DNA of 64,000 bases. Origin: Pseudogymnoascus verrucosus (Eukaryota). Location of the stretch: the NCBI GenBank assembly GCA_001662655.1, contig KV460254.1. One strand, given 5' to 3'. The notes beneath the pieces are model-generated. The model had not been told where the DNA came from. It worked only from the letters and a program-made list of their open reading frames with translations, and ran no database searches. Positions within the stretch are counted from its first letter, which is position 1. Every line of letters starts with the position of its first letter. Positions 10,526-23,674 of the stretch are shown here, piece by piece. The position numbers and the translations under genes were made by a program.

Positions 10526-13500
10526 AAGGACGATTAGGCATATCATTATACCCCCCTCACAAACAGAACAGAAACAATCAATCAATCACATCACCAACCA
10601 CACTCCCATTCTACCAACCACCCGCCCCTCCCACCTCCGTGCTCCGATCCTCCTTCCCCCACCAACTTTCTCACCAACTCCCCCCCCCACGTGTCTCAAC
10701 ACCGTAAATAGACCCATCCTATCCACAGCACCAGTATGAGACCACGCTGATCTGACGCGCTGGAAGCTGGAATGGAATGCTCTACCCCCCGGGTCTGCGA
10801 GACGCCCACCCCGCACCATGCGTGCGTGTGTTTCAGAAGTGGCGTCATGGCACGGACGTAGGCGGGATGGGGGGGAGCCGGTGGGTGTGGTTTTGGGGGA
10901 GGGTGGGATGGGAAGGTGGGATGGAGATGGCCTGCATGTAGGTCTGGTCTAGTTTGGTCTACTTGGTGCCAGTCTGGCGGATGGCAGCGGTGCTGTGCAG
11001 GTGGGCCGTGGGCCGTGGGGTGTTGGATGGTATTGTGTGGCTTTGTGGTCCTTGGATAGGTGACGACGAGAGGCAGGGGACCTGGGCTAGAGGTGTGTAG
11101 TTGACCCAGCTGGATAACACGGGCCGCATACTGTGATTTTTGAGGAGCCGCTACCTGCTAAAGTCATCAAGAAGGGGGGGGTCATGTGATATTTATGAGG
11201 TTGTTTCGGACCATCTCCATTCCACGGGGATACCATCAAATCATCCCCACGGAAGCAGGGGGATCCGCGCAAGGAGGCCAGCAGTCCTCGCCGTTTATAC
11301 CTGTAACGACCCGTCCGTTGTGAGTTGTTTTGACTTGCCGCCCTGCCTCCCTTGATGCCTGGCAAATCCCAAAAAATCCCGCTCCCATCGATGAGAAGTT
11401 AGCTGCGTGGATATGATGTCTGGGAGTGCTCTCCAGATGGAGTCTCTTGATGAGACTCCGACCCGCCCGTCACATTCGTGCCGCATGTCCCGCTCAGGTG
11501 CGTAGCCGCTGGACGCGATGTAACAGGTGCGTGCACGGTGCAGGCTGGGCGGGTTAGATGGCGCGGTGCCTTACATAAGTGCCCTGTGCGGGTTTTGGGG
11601 CTGGAGAGGAGAGGAGAGAGGAGAGAGGGGGGGCGGCTTGTCGAGGAGTGATGGATTGGGGGAGTTTGGTGGTTCGGTGGCTATCCGTGTAATTTTGGTT
11701 ATTTTTATTTTCTTGTACTCCTGGACAAGTCTAGGCTGGGCCTGGAGCTTGGGGGGTGAGCTTGCTGGCGCTGGTGCTAGAATTCGGATGAATGGTGAGG
11801 ATTGTGCTACTGACTGTGCGTGAGCCGGCGATGCTGTATGGTTTGCTGGCTGTGAAGTGATGCACCTCGGTCGAACTCCGACATGGGACGTGTGAGGAGG
11901 CGATGAGACGGCGGTTGATGGGGGATGGGAGAATTGTTAATTGCTAAATAAGCACTGGGCTTTGTTTCAACGACCACCGTGCTCATTTACCCGTCAATCC
12001 GCCAGCGTCAATGGGAGATTAGCTATGGGAATTCCCCACGAGGGGGATGGGCGTTCATTTCATTTCACTAACCACACCGCTCTTCCGGGAAGATGAGGCC
12101 GTCTTTGATCTGATACCGTATCACGCATCATCAGATTGTTTCGTATCTGGGACTTTGGCTGACTATTTGCTGAGGCGTGAAACTCCTCCCTCCTCCTCCT
12201 CCCCCGTCGTCGAAATCATCCGCTCTTCAGTGGCAGCTTGCTTATCTTACCGCACTACCTGCAGCCTGCGCGTGTACCGTACTCGCATTGAAGAAACGCG
12301 GCTCGCAACCACGCACCCACTTACCATCAGTCTCAGCTCAGCGCAGCGCGGCCCAAGACAAGTGTGGCAGCCATGTCATCTCCACTAACGAGCAACACGT
12401 CAGTGAATTATCTAATATCTCAGCCTTCAGTACAGACAGTGCAGCATTCACTGTGTCTGGTATGAGCTATGGAAAACGTGCTGTACAGTACAGTACAGTT
12501 CCTCTCAGCTGAGTGGCGTATAAGCCACCGATAACCAGGGCTGGGATCAAGGGCTGGTCTAGGCTGGCCACACTGCCGGATTTGTCCAACAGTGCATCCC
12601 TTTTTGCATGTGCTGTGAACTGTCCATGTCGGTACGCGCTGTGTGAATACCGACCCAATTACCATTTGCGGGGATGCCAGAGGGCAAAAAGGGGTACGAG
12701 GCGATGATGTGCAGATGGCGATTAGTAGCGGGCATATAGGGGCCAAGCCACAGCAGGACGCAAGGGGGCGTGCGTTCTCACTATCGGCTCGGCTGGAAAA
12801 AGCACGGTTCGGTTTTTAGCAGCACATGGTTTCTGGGTCTTGGTTCTCGACCTCAGGGTGAGACATTGAAAAGCGTGGGAAGCGACGATGGCTCGCGATT
12901 ACGATATCGGGTGATGGGCGGTTGTCTTACGCACGGGAAGATCCTACAGTACTGTCAAAGTTCTGTTTACTAACTGTGTTGAATATTAGATCTCCCAGCC
13001 CGATTTGTGGTTCACTGGCTCTCAGGTCAACCAGCGACATTCCGCAACGATCTGGGCTAAGGTCTGGGGAGGCCCATATGTCGCTTGATTGGGTGGATAG
13101 TGACGGGGATCATGGCACCCCTCGCGCTGTTGGCGCCAATCGGTGGAGCGAAGTCTTGGAGATCCATACTGTGATGGACCAGTTGAGAAGTCGACGAACC
13201 ACTTGGCCTTGGGGGTAAGGTCATACAAATCTCATTCTTGTGGGCCATGGCGGCGGCGAAAGATGATGACGGGGAGCATGATCACCACCACAAAACGCAC
13301 AGGAGGGCGAGGAGATAAAAAGGTTTTCCCCAGGCTGGTCCAATGGGTGGCTTTCCTTTTGCTCTTTTCTTGAAAGTCAGTCGCTGATGATTACCGGCAC
13401 TGTGCTCGGGCATGGAGTACTGGCTACCGGTTGATGCCCTGTCTGAACAAACTTCATCTTTGGGCTCGATGGGCTTCAGCGGCTCGATGGGCTTCAGGAA

Positions 13501-14869
13501 CTACCAACATGAAATGCCAATTTCTAGGCGGTCTTTGATGGATGGGTCTCACGGCCACGTGAGAAGAGGCCGTCCCTGCACACATATACACAAGCAGTTG
13601 GCTGGTATCCCCCACTACTGCAACTTCGTATCGACCGCACTCCCATTCCCCCCTCCCCTCCCCTCACACTCACAGGAGAAGCGGCAAGGTATAAAAGAGC
13701 AGAGTACTACTCTGTGGCACATCTGAGCATGTAAGTACAATATAAGAAACGGGAACAAGGAGTAGCAATATATTAGAAGTGTTTCAAAGAGAGGTGGCCA
13801 TTTGCATACATCTGTACTCCGTATAGTAGAGTATATCTCGTTATTTCTTTCTCGCTGTATGTAATACTGTCTAGTGTCTAGTCTGGTGACAGTCTGGTGA
13901 CAATCAAACCGTGTCTCTGTACTCTAGACGCTGAGAGCCACCAAAAGGTGGAGTAAAAGCAAAGTAGGAGGCGTACAGAAGTAGGAGGAGTACAGTATTG
14001 TTGGTGCTTGTGGCTTGTGGTTTGTGGTGCTTGCTATGGCTGTGGTACTTGTTGTACGGTGCCGCCGCCTTACTGTATGCATGTACTCTACTCATCCATC
14101 TACCATCTACCATCCACCATCCACAATCTGTAGGTGGACACTATCTGTGGAGTACCGGCGGCTTCAACCACCACCCACCCCCCCATAGCAAATATTCCCT
14201 TCCAAAATGTACTCCGTACTACTCTAATAACTCTTAAACTCTACCTAAATTCCTTCTCTCCCGTTCAACCATATTTCCCACGATTACTCCTACGATCTCC
14301 CACGAAACTATCCTATACCTGCATTTCGCCATTACTCCTCATCCAAAGTACGAGAAATCGCTATACCATAATAAATAGTAATATTTGTTCTTTTGCGACT
14401 CCTGACCAGCCAACCCAGCCTCTTCCGCCAGACTCGGTATACTCAGCGTTACCCCTGCATTACGGCACCTCCATAATACCGGCTTGTATATGCCTACATA
14501 TTGGCCGCTCTAATAACCCCCAATTGCTTGTTCATCTTAAATTCCCAAACTCAGCATCGACTGCCGATACAATCATTCTCTGCGACCAGCGACCGTTTTA
14601 TTCTTGTCCCCCGATCTAATCCACCTCTATATGCTCGTTGTCGCCGCCTGAAATAGCAGTGGCCTCTGCTCCTGGATGTGCGACAATTCTCAGGGTTACC
14701 CCAGAACATCTCGAAACCTCTAACCCCCATCGCATCGACATCAGCCGCCACGATCCTTCCCTCTTCGCCGGTCTAAACCGCCGAGCTTTGGCCAAAGCCG
14801 CTGGCCCATTGGTGGTTTTGCCTTGTTCGTCGGTCCGCATAGCGCGATCCAGGTCCTATTCGCTGGGCG

Positions 14870-17800
14870 ATGTCGCAGCATTTGCAATTCAGAGATGGAC
14901 CCTCTGATACCTACAACTTTCCAGTCCAGGACAGCCCCACAGTAGGACGAACAATACCTCAGTCTTCAGTTGGCAATCCTCAAGGGAGTCCGTCGTCGTT
15001 ATCGGATACTGGTTATAGGTACGTTGTGGTCGGCGTCAAAGATTCCCCCCCCTCTTTCTGACGACGCATTTGGACAGGACGCATCACAAGGCGACCCCGA
15101 GTCCTTTACAGACGAGCACATCTGCAAACCCGAACCACGCGACCACGACGCCTACGAAGCCTGGCTTCTCCAGACCGTCAGTTGAAGAGCAGTCGCGCAC
15201 GGTAGAGACGGTGCGGTATATGTCTCGGAGGGGAGACGAGCCTCGATCCCCTAAAGAACGTCTGGACGACCTACTGGCCTCTGAAAAGAGTTTCTACGAC
15301 TCAGAAGACGCGCCAGCAAGTCCCACACAAGCAGGAGGAAGACCTAGGTATGCCATTTCGCCTGTTGCTCCTGTTTTAGCAGCCACTAACTGTATGCTAG
15401 ACCTGTGCACGCTCCGACTTCATCGAATGCTTCGTCGAGAAGTGTCTCCGACCCAACCTCCACGGCGAAGCTAGGTGGACGCTCAACTGCTGCGACACCC
15501 CCTCACATGGCTGCCGTTCCCGAACATCGAGCAACAATGGCGCGCGGAGTCCCCCGAACGTCGTCAATCGACTCTGCGATCTCCTCCATATCAGGGGCGC
15601 ATTCACACAAGGCGTCGCAAGATGCGCAGGCTCGCGGAGAGTCGCCGGATATCGCGAACTTAATACAAACGGCCGGATCTCCCGAGGCAGTCATTCAGTA
15701 TCTCCTCAAGGAGAAGCAGTCTCAGACGGCGCAAAATACACAGCTATGGCGGTTAGTTGACAAGCAAAGAGCAATGATACTGGGTCTGAACAAGGATCTG
15801 GAGCGTGCGCTGAAGGACAAGGAGCGCTACCGCAAGAAGATGAAGGAGAGCCTGCAGGCAATCACAGCGGGCGAGCCCAGCAAGGGATCCGTTGCCGAGA
15901 GTTCTGCCGGCAAGTCTTCTCCAAGCCCACGAAGCCCGGAGGGACCGAAGGGCGGAAATGTAGGAGCATTGGTTTCTGCGGGGCTGAGGGAGTCTCACGA
16001 GAGCCACGACGAGCCAGAACATTCGCCAATTGACGTTGCTTTGGCGCCGTACCCCGTTACACCACCAGCAAACCTGCCCAGCGCACTGAACCCGACTCTA
16101 CCTAACATGGTAGATGCCGAGCACAAGATGCCAGACCCTTCGTCACATGCTCTGAATAATTACAATGCCGATGCGCAACCCCAGGGCTTCGAGTCGGGTC
16201 AGCAGCAACGCAAGAGCCCCGAGATGGGGCGCGAGATGCCATATAATGCTTCAGTGCCACCTTCAAGAAGCCTCCCAGCCAGACCACCCCCGAAGACAGA
16301 CACCAAGGCGGGACCTATTTCAATGCAGGCCCCAATGCTCAATGTGGTCAGCGCCTCTCCAGCGAAGGACCAAGGGCGGGCAAACATGCCACCTCCGCGG
16401 AAACCCCCGCCAGCACCGCTGAATCTTGGCAAGCAGCCAAATACCAGCTCGCATTTACACCAGGCAGATTCGGGGGATGAACTTGATTCCGACTACGACG
16501 ATTTGCTTGAGGTGGATGAAATTCCCATTTTCAATGACAGAGGGCGGAGGAAGACGAGGGAGGAGGATGATAGAGAGAGGGAAATAGCTGCTATGAAAGA
16601 CGCGGAAGCGAGAAGTCTGTCTAAGAAGAGCAAGTCGAGACCTTCTACGTCCACAAACAAGGATCAACCGCCTCAGGATCCTTTACCAGCTATCCGACAG
16701 GCCGTACAGATCAGTCCCCCAGACATGCGCGAAAGGCACTTGTCCCCGCCAGACTCTAATGCAGGTTCTCTTGCCGGTATCTTAAACTCGTCAAGCAGTT
16801 CTGAGATGCAACCGGAGACCATAACGCGAACTTTCATCTCTCCACCACCGATGAGCCCAGGGCTTCCTTCGAGTCCAAGGCCCATGGGAGGTGTGCATAT
16901 GGCACTGCCACGGAACCCACGTGATGGAGACTCGCAGTCTTCTTCTAATATGGCATCACCGCCGTTGTCGCCAAGAGGAATTGGTGCGTTCCCGGCAATG
17001 CCCCTTTCTCCTCGTGCACCTCGACAGCCGATCCCACTTCCACCAAACACGCCAATGTCGATGGCATCGCCAGGCATGCTGTCAAAGTTTGGCCAGATGG
17101 AGTTGGTTTCACCAAAGCCTTTACAAATAACGAAACTTGCTGTGGAGGAGCAGGATCCGCCCATGAATGAGACTCGATACAACAGCATCTCGGAATCCTC
17201 AGACTCTGTTGAAATTTACCGAGGATTTGTCACGGATGAATATCCAGATCTCCTATTGCCTCCCAACGCCCTTCCTTCCATTGATGTGCGGGTCGCTTCT
17301 TCGAGATTGAAGCCGTCTCGGGTGAGCATGATGTTCCCAAGTAAGGGGGATGAAGACCCAGTTTTCACACTTGCTGTGTTTGGTAGATCTAACGGGCAAG
17401 AGCTGTGGAGAGTGGAGAAGGACTCGACATCCCTGCACCAACTTGACCAGGAGCTCAAGAAATCGAACGCCTTCAGCAGCGTTAAACTTCCTGAGAAATC
17501 TTTGTTCAATGGACACGCACCTGCAAAGATCGATGCTCGGAGAACTGCTCTCGACAAGTATGTTGATGACATTTTGAACACACCCATGGACACGGCGCGG
17601 GCGCTGCATATTTGCCAGTACCTGTCAACCAACACCCTGGAGCCAAACTCGACGGATTCACTGGTCCATACTGACGCCAAGAGCGAGAGTCCAACGAAGA
17701 TGGGACCAGGCGGTAGGCCCGTCAAGAATGGATACCTCACGAAGAGAGGTAAGAATTTCGGTGGCTGGAAAGCACGATTCTTCGTCTTGGATGGACCTAT

Positions 17801-19750
17801 ACTTAAGTATTACGAGGCTCCTGGCGGCGCCCATCTCGGCGCGATCAAGCTACAGGCCTCCAAAATTGGCAAGCAGCAGCAACACCAGCAGGACAGTCAG
17901 ACAGACGATGCCGATAACCAGTATCGACATGCTTTCCTGATCCTCGAACCTAAACGGAAGGACTCTTCGAGCCTGGTCAGGCATGTTCTTTGTGCGGAAA
18001 GTGACCAGGAGCGCGATGAGTGGGTAGAGGCTCTTGTACAGTATGTCGAGTATCAGGATTCTGAAGATGAGGGGCCTGAAACGGTTCACCACGCTCGTAA
18101 TGACTCTGGGACGTCCAGCCACACTACCGGCTCAACTTCGAAGAAGAGGCATGTTCAAGGAAAGGGGCAAACTATAGCCGAAGCAGACGATGAACTTCTA
18201 CGCGCTATGCCCTACGAAGCCACTGTGGCTGGCCAGGTTCCTCGTGGCGTGCATCCGAGACGGAAAACCAACGAAACCCCACCGCCAGCATATGATGAAA
18301 AGGATGACCCAAGGCATAAGAGCAACGATACTCCATCGCCTCCGTTCCAAGGCCACGAGAAGGACTTCTCCGGCCAGATGCCCCATCCCCAGCCGTCCGT
18401 GTCCATCTCAGCCCCCAAGAATCTCACCGTCATCCAAGACGCCAGTCACTGGGGTAACAAGCAGACAACTCTCGCGCCGGTCGATGACAGGAAGACTCAA
18501 AAGAAGCGCAGTTTCTTCGGGTTTGGCAGCAAGCCAAGGCCTTCGTCAGAATCACAAGACCACATCGAGACGTCCAACCTGTCGCAGCTGTCCTATGAGC
18601 AGCATGGTCCTATCCGCGCGGTTTTCGGTGCACCATTGGCAGAGGCTGTTAAATACAGTCACCCTGCCGATGTGAGTGTTGAGCTTCCCGCTGTTGTCTA
18701 TCGCTGCGTTGAGTACCTCGACAATAAGAACGCGTCTGCGGAAGAGGGTATCTTTAGGCTGAGTGGGTCTAATGTTGTGATTAAGGCGCTGCGCGAGCGC
18801 TTCAATACCGAAGGCGATGTCAACTTGATCACCGATGAGCAGTATTACGACATTCATGCTGTTGCGTCGTTGTTGAAGCTGTACCTCCGTGAGCTGCCAA
18901 CAACGATACTCACGAGGGAACTCCATCTGGATTTCCTCTCTGTCACGGAGATCCCAGATGTTAGTGACAAGGTGTTGGCTTTGAACGGACTTGTCCACAA
19001 GCTCCCCAAGGCCAACAATACTCTCCTACGCTATCTGTCCGCCTTCCTCATCAACATCATCAACAACTCCGATGTCAACAAGATGACAGTCCGCAACGTG
19101 GGAATCGTATTCTCTCCTACGCTGAACATCCCCGCCCCAGTCCTGGCTCTCTTCCTCCAGAAGTACGACGGCATCTTCGAGTCCGAACCTCAGCAATTCG
19201 ACCAGAACCAAATTGAGGTCACCTTAACAGCGCCTCCATTGACTCCCGAAGACATCCGCTCTCCGAGAAAACAGCACTTCCAGGACCTTCCAACCCCATC
19301 CTATAACCAAGCATCCTTCCCCCGCGGCCCGCCTCCATCCTTCCCTCTCCCAGCTCAACCCAACAAAACCACCTACGACACCGGCTTCACCCCTCTCCAG
19401 CCGTCATACGAAAGCCAGTACTCGCAGCCTACGCTAGGAGGTCCCGAATACGGGTCTACAGGGCAGACAGTCGGAGGGCCGTCATACGACCAATACAGCA
19501 ATGGGAATGCGGGCTATAGCAGGCAGTACGGCAATGAGAGCAACCTCAACCCCAACGGCCAAACCTCGAAGCAGAAGCGGAGAGAGAGCTCGCTGCTCGG
19601 CATGAACATGGGCGGTCAGAAGAAGCCGAACCAGGACAGACTTCGCAACAACCGTGAGTAGCCCACTACCAGAACCACTCTTCACCTACACGAACGCACC
19701 CACTGACGACCACTCAAGGCTTGGTAGACGAAGAATCCTTCTTCGATTAA
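14870..19750 (+). CDS. BEM3: Bem3-like Rho GTPase-activating protein (PX, PH and RhoGAP domains), 4 exons (14870-15018, 15078-15347, 15401-19653, 19719-19750), ~1567 aa
   Basis: PH domain (KNGYLTKRGKNFGGWKARFFVL) and RhoGAP domain (EEGIFRLSG, NKMTVRNVGIVFSPTL); three phase-consistent introns. Confidence 0.88.
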
Positions 19751-20627
19751 TCCACCACTACCACCACCACGATACAGAAATCGTCATCGGCTGGGTAGCT
19801 GGCTATTACGGTCAACGGACTGGATCCGTGGCCGAGCTGGCTGCATACCGCCGCCTCTTTTCTAATGAATGACCAACACATGAGATCGGAAAATACGCAC
19901 GCGTTATAATCTATTAATAATAGCGGAAAACGTTCTATATACGAAAGTCGGACACAAACACGCACGCACGCACGCATGTACATTAATCTCGCCCCCCCAC
20001 CTACCCCTCGCCAAACTTGATGGGCGCGGATTTTTTTACCTTTTATGAGCTTATACCCTGTTGTGCCAGTTGTTATTATTTTTTCAATCATTTATTTGTT
20101 TTGGGGATATCTTTTTGCCAGTTTATGGGAATTTTGCAAAGTCATTTTTTTTTGTGGATGGGACAGATTTGAAAGGGGGTTGTGGTTGGAGTGAGTTTGG
20201 GAATTGTTTTTCGCGGTTTGATAAGTTTTTTTGGTTTCTACGATGAAGGGATTGTGTGATGATGAATGAGGGATGGAATGGGGTGTTTGTAAATTAGTTG
20301 ATGAATAAATGGACATTTAAAGATTGAATCCTGCACCCACCACCAAATCGAGTTGTCTTATCAAAAAAGCAAAAAAAGAAGCCCCAAATAAGCCTTCCAG
20401 CTCGCCAAATTAGTTGCTATTTCCGTCCAGGGGTCCATCTCCCAGGCACATAGTAGTAGTAGTCCATGCACAATCCGGTTGCGGAAAATCCCGCAACCGC
20501 ACCCCCCAAGCTTGGTACCCATGCACCAAATTTCTCAATCCCCAAACCTCACCTCCTTCCTCTCATTCCAACCTCACCTCCTTCAACAAATACCCACACA
20601 GTCCCTACCTCCCTCACCATCGCCATC

Positions 20628-21812
20628 ATGTCCCGCCCCATGTGCCGCCTCTTCACGCAGCGCCTCGGCGCCTCCTCCGCCCGCCTCTCCCCAACACCGC
20701 CGCGCACCTTCTTCCGCAGCCCAGCTGGGCGCCGCTTCGCGTCGGGGGAGTCGGGACCGAATCCCAACCCGGGGCAGAACCCGTTTAAGGTGTGGCCGTT
20801 TGTGGCGATTACGTTGGTGGGGACGGGGTCGTATATTTTGATGGCGAGGAGTAGGGATGGTTCTTGTATGTGTTTTCCCCGTTTCCCCTGGAGTTGATGG
20901 AGCTGGGTGGAAGAGAGGAAGGGGGGAGGAGGTGGTGGTGAGGCACGCAGGGAGTAAGCGATGTGTGGGACAAGAGGTGGTGGCTGCATGACGTGTGTAG
21001 CTGCCAGCTTGTATGGTCCTGTTGCTTATTACCTCCCTCTCTTCTCATCTCCCCTCCAGCTCCAGCGCTGGAATGATACAGCAACCCACCATACATCTAT
21101 CCCACACAAGAAGCATCGACTAACTCATCCTCTCTCCACAGACGTGACACCCGACATCACCACCCCCCAAACCCCCCGCCTCCCCGCCCCCAAACAAGAC
21201 ACACCCCGCTTCTCCCCCACCAACGTCACCGTGGTCTTCGTCCTCGGCGGCCCCGGTGCCGGAAAGGGCACCCAATGCGCCAAACTAGTTGACGAATACA
21301 ACTTCACCCACCTCTCCGCCGGCGACCTCCTCCGCGCGGAGCAAGAGCGCCCCGGCTCCGAGTTCGGGGAATTGATCAAAGACTACATCCGCGACGGCAA
21401 GATCGTGCCCATGGAAGTAACCGTGCAACTCCTCGAGAACGCCATGGCGGAGGTAGTCGACAAATCCGGCGGCAAGGGCAAGTTCCTCATCGACGGATTC
21501 CCGCGGAAGATGGACCAGGCGGAGAAATTCGAGGAGAGCGTTGTCAAAGCAGCATTCGTGCTGTTCTTTGATGCGCCGGAGGATGTGATGATGGAGCGGT
21601 TGGTGAAGAGGGGGGAGACGAGCGGGAGGGCCGATGATAATGTTGAGAGTATTAGGAAGAGGTTTAGGGTTTTCGTGGAGACGAGTATGCCGGTTGTGGA
21701 GAGGTTTGAGAAGGAGGGGAGAGTGGTGAGGGTTAAGGCTACGCAGAAGCCCGAGAAGGTTTATGAGGATGTAAAGAGGGGGATTCAGCCGTGGATTGAG
21801 GGGAAGAGATAG
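20628..21812 (+). CDS. URA6: UMP-CMP kinase with an N-terminal presequence/TM extension, 2 exons (20628-20865, 21142-21812)
   Basis: GGPGAGKGT P-loop, HLSAGDLLR, FLIDGFPR and GRADDN motifs; GTATGT donor at 20866, GACTAAC branch point, CAG acceptor at 21141. Confidence 0.9.
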
Positions 21813-22290
21813 GTGGGGAGAGGGGGGATGTTGGCTTGGAAGTTGGAGGGGGTGGGATGGATGGCGGCATTGTGCGATTAGGATTGAAGACAGGAAAGGT
21901 GGAGGCAGGCGGCTGTAATACATACATACACAAGACGAATAGGCTCGTCCGTCACAAGCATTTCATATATCTGTAACTCAAAAAAACAAACAATACATTT
22001 CGTTCAGAAACGAGGCCACGGCGATGATACAGGAGATCCAGCGCTACAGTTTTAAGAAAGAATTCTTTTTTTCCAGGTCATGCTCCACCGGACGCGAAAG
22101 CTATCATTGCGTAGTCTCCTCCATCAGAGACACACCTCTCTCTCCCGCGCCCGGCATCCCATGCAAAAGTAGACATCATTACTGTTTTTGCGTCCAAATT
22201 CATCCCTGTTTCCAGCCATGCATCGCATCTAAACATCCAACGCCAGCCCGCAGTCCACTACCCCTCTCCGCGGCCCTCCCTATATCCCAT

Positions 22291-23674
22291 CTAATCCGTA
22301 CCCATCTCGATCATATCACGTCCTCCAACACGCCTGCCTGCGCCCATCCCACTCGCGCCCTGAGCCTTCCTCTCCACCTCATGCAGCTCGCGCTCCTTCT
22401 GCGCCTCTGCAGCCTGACGCTCGCGCCTCACGACCTCAAGCACATTGCGCAGCGAGTCCTTCCAGGTATCGAGACGCGTGGCGACCTCGCGCCACTGCTT
22501 CTCGCCAAAGACGCGGTACGTGGTGCGGTGGACGAGGAAGACCTGTTTCTCCTGGGACAGCTTGCCCTCGACGAGGCCGGCGCGGATCACGTCGATGACC
22601 CACATCTCGACGTCCTCGGCGGGGATCTGGAGGGTCTTTGCGATGCGCTTGTACTCGAGCTCGCGGCTGCTGGTGGAGGCGGCCAGGGAGGCGAGGGTGA
22701 GGAGGCGCATCTTGCGGTGCAGGGCCTCGGCGTCGAGGGCGTTGTCGTCGACGAAGGTGTCGTGCTCGTCGCAGAAGTCGGTGTAGTCCTCAAGCTCCTT
22801 CTCGGAGACGATCTCGAGCAGCTCGGACCACACGGGGTGAGTGTCGGCGAGGGCTTGGATCGTGGGCAGCGCCGATAGGTCGTGGAAGTCGAAGTGGGTG
22901 CTGGAGATGAGGGCGGATTTGAGGGCGCGGAGCGTGAGGTCGGTTGCCTCGGGGGTGCTGAGGGAGGCGGTGTCCTTGGCGTCGAAGGTGCGCAGGGCGC
23001 GGAGGAGGTATTGGAAGGATTGCCTAGGGGGGGAAGTCGTCAGTACAATTTTCATGGCGGGGTAAATAAATACTCCTGAAGGGGAAAGTGGGCTGTGCTT
23101 ACTCTGTCTCGCCAACCTCGGCAGCGACGTCAGCGACCTGCACAAAGAGCTTGCGCTGGTCCTCCTCATCAATATCCCACTCCTCGATCCAGGTATCCAA
23201 CTTCTTGAGTTGCGGGCGGAGCATCTCGTAGAGGCCGCTCTTCTTGACGAGCTGGAGGATGGCCTGGAAGACGTTGAAGCGAACCTCGTTCTCCGGGTCG
23301 AGCAGGTTGAAGATCGTGGTGAGGACCGACAGTGCGAGTCCCGAGCTGTTCAGCGGGGACGACACGATGGGCCTCGACAGGTTCTCGCACACCTTTGGCA
23401 GGAACATGTTGACGTTGGGCGACTGCACGATCAGGTAGACGAGGAGGTTGTATGCGGCGGTGAACTCCTTCTCGGGCGCGCCGTTGAGGGCTGGGGCGGC
23501 GGTGACGAGCTTCTTCAGCACATCGTCCTTCTTGTTGGCTGCCAGGAGTGGCTTGATCTCGGCGCGGACGCCCTCTGCCTCGTTGACCTTCTTGACATTG
23601 TCGATGTAGCCCGCGAGCTCGTCGGCAAGGTCCTCGAAGGTACCGTCGATGAAGACCTGTTGGGTAGCCGCCAT
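22291..23674 (-). CDS. EIF3M: Translation initiation factor eIF3 subunit M (PCI domain), 2 exons (23103-23674, 22291-23023), ~434 aa
   Basis: KMRLLTLASLA and VEMWVIDVIRAGLVEGKLSQ PCI motifs; intron 23024-23102. Confidence 0.92.

Noticed and set aside
13461..13498. 18-bp two-copy tandem duplication (also an 11-bp duplication at ~13881)
   Set aside because: Ordinary slippage duplications
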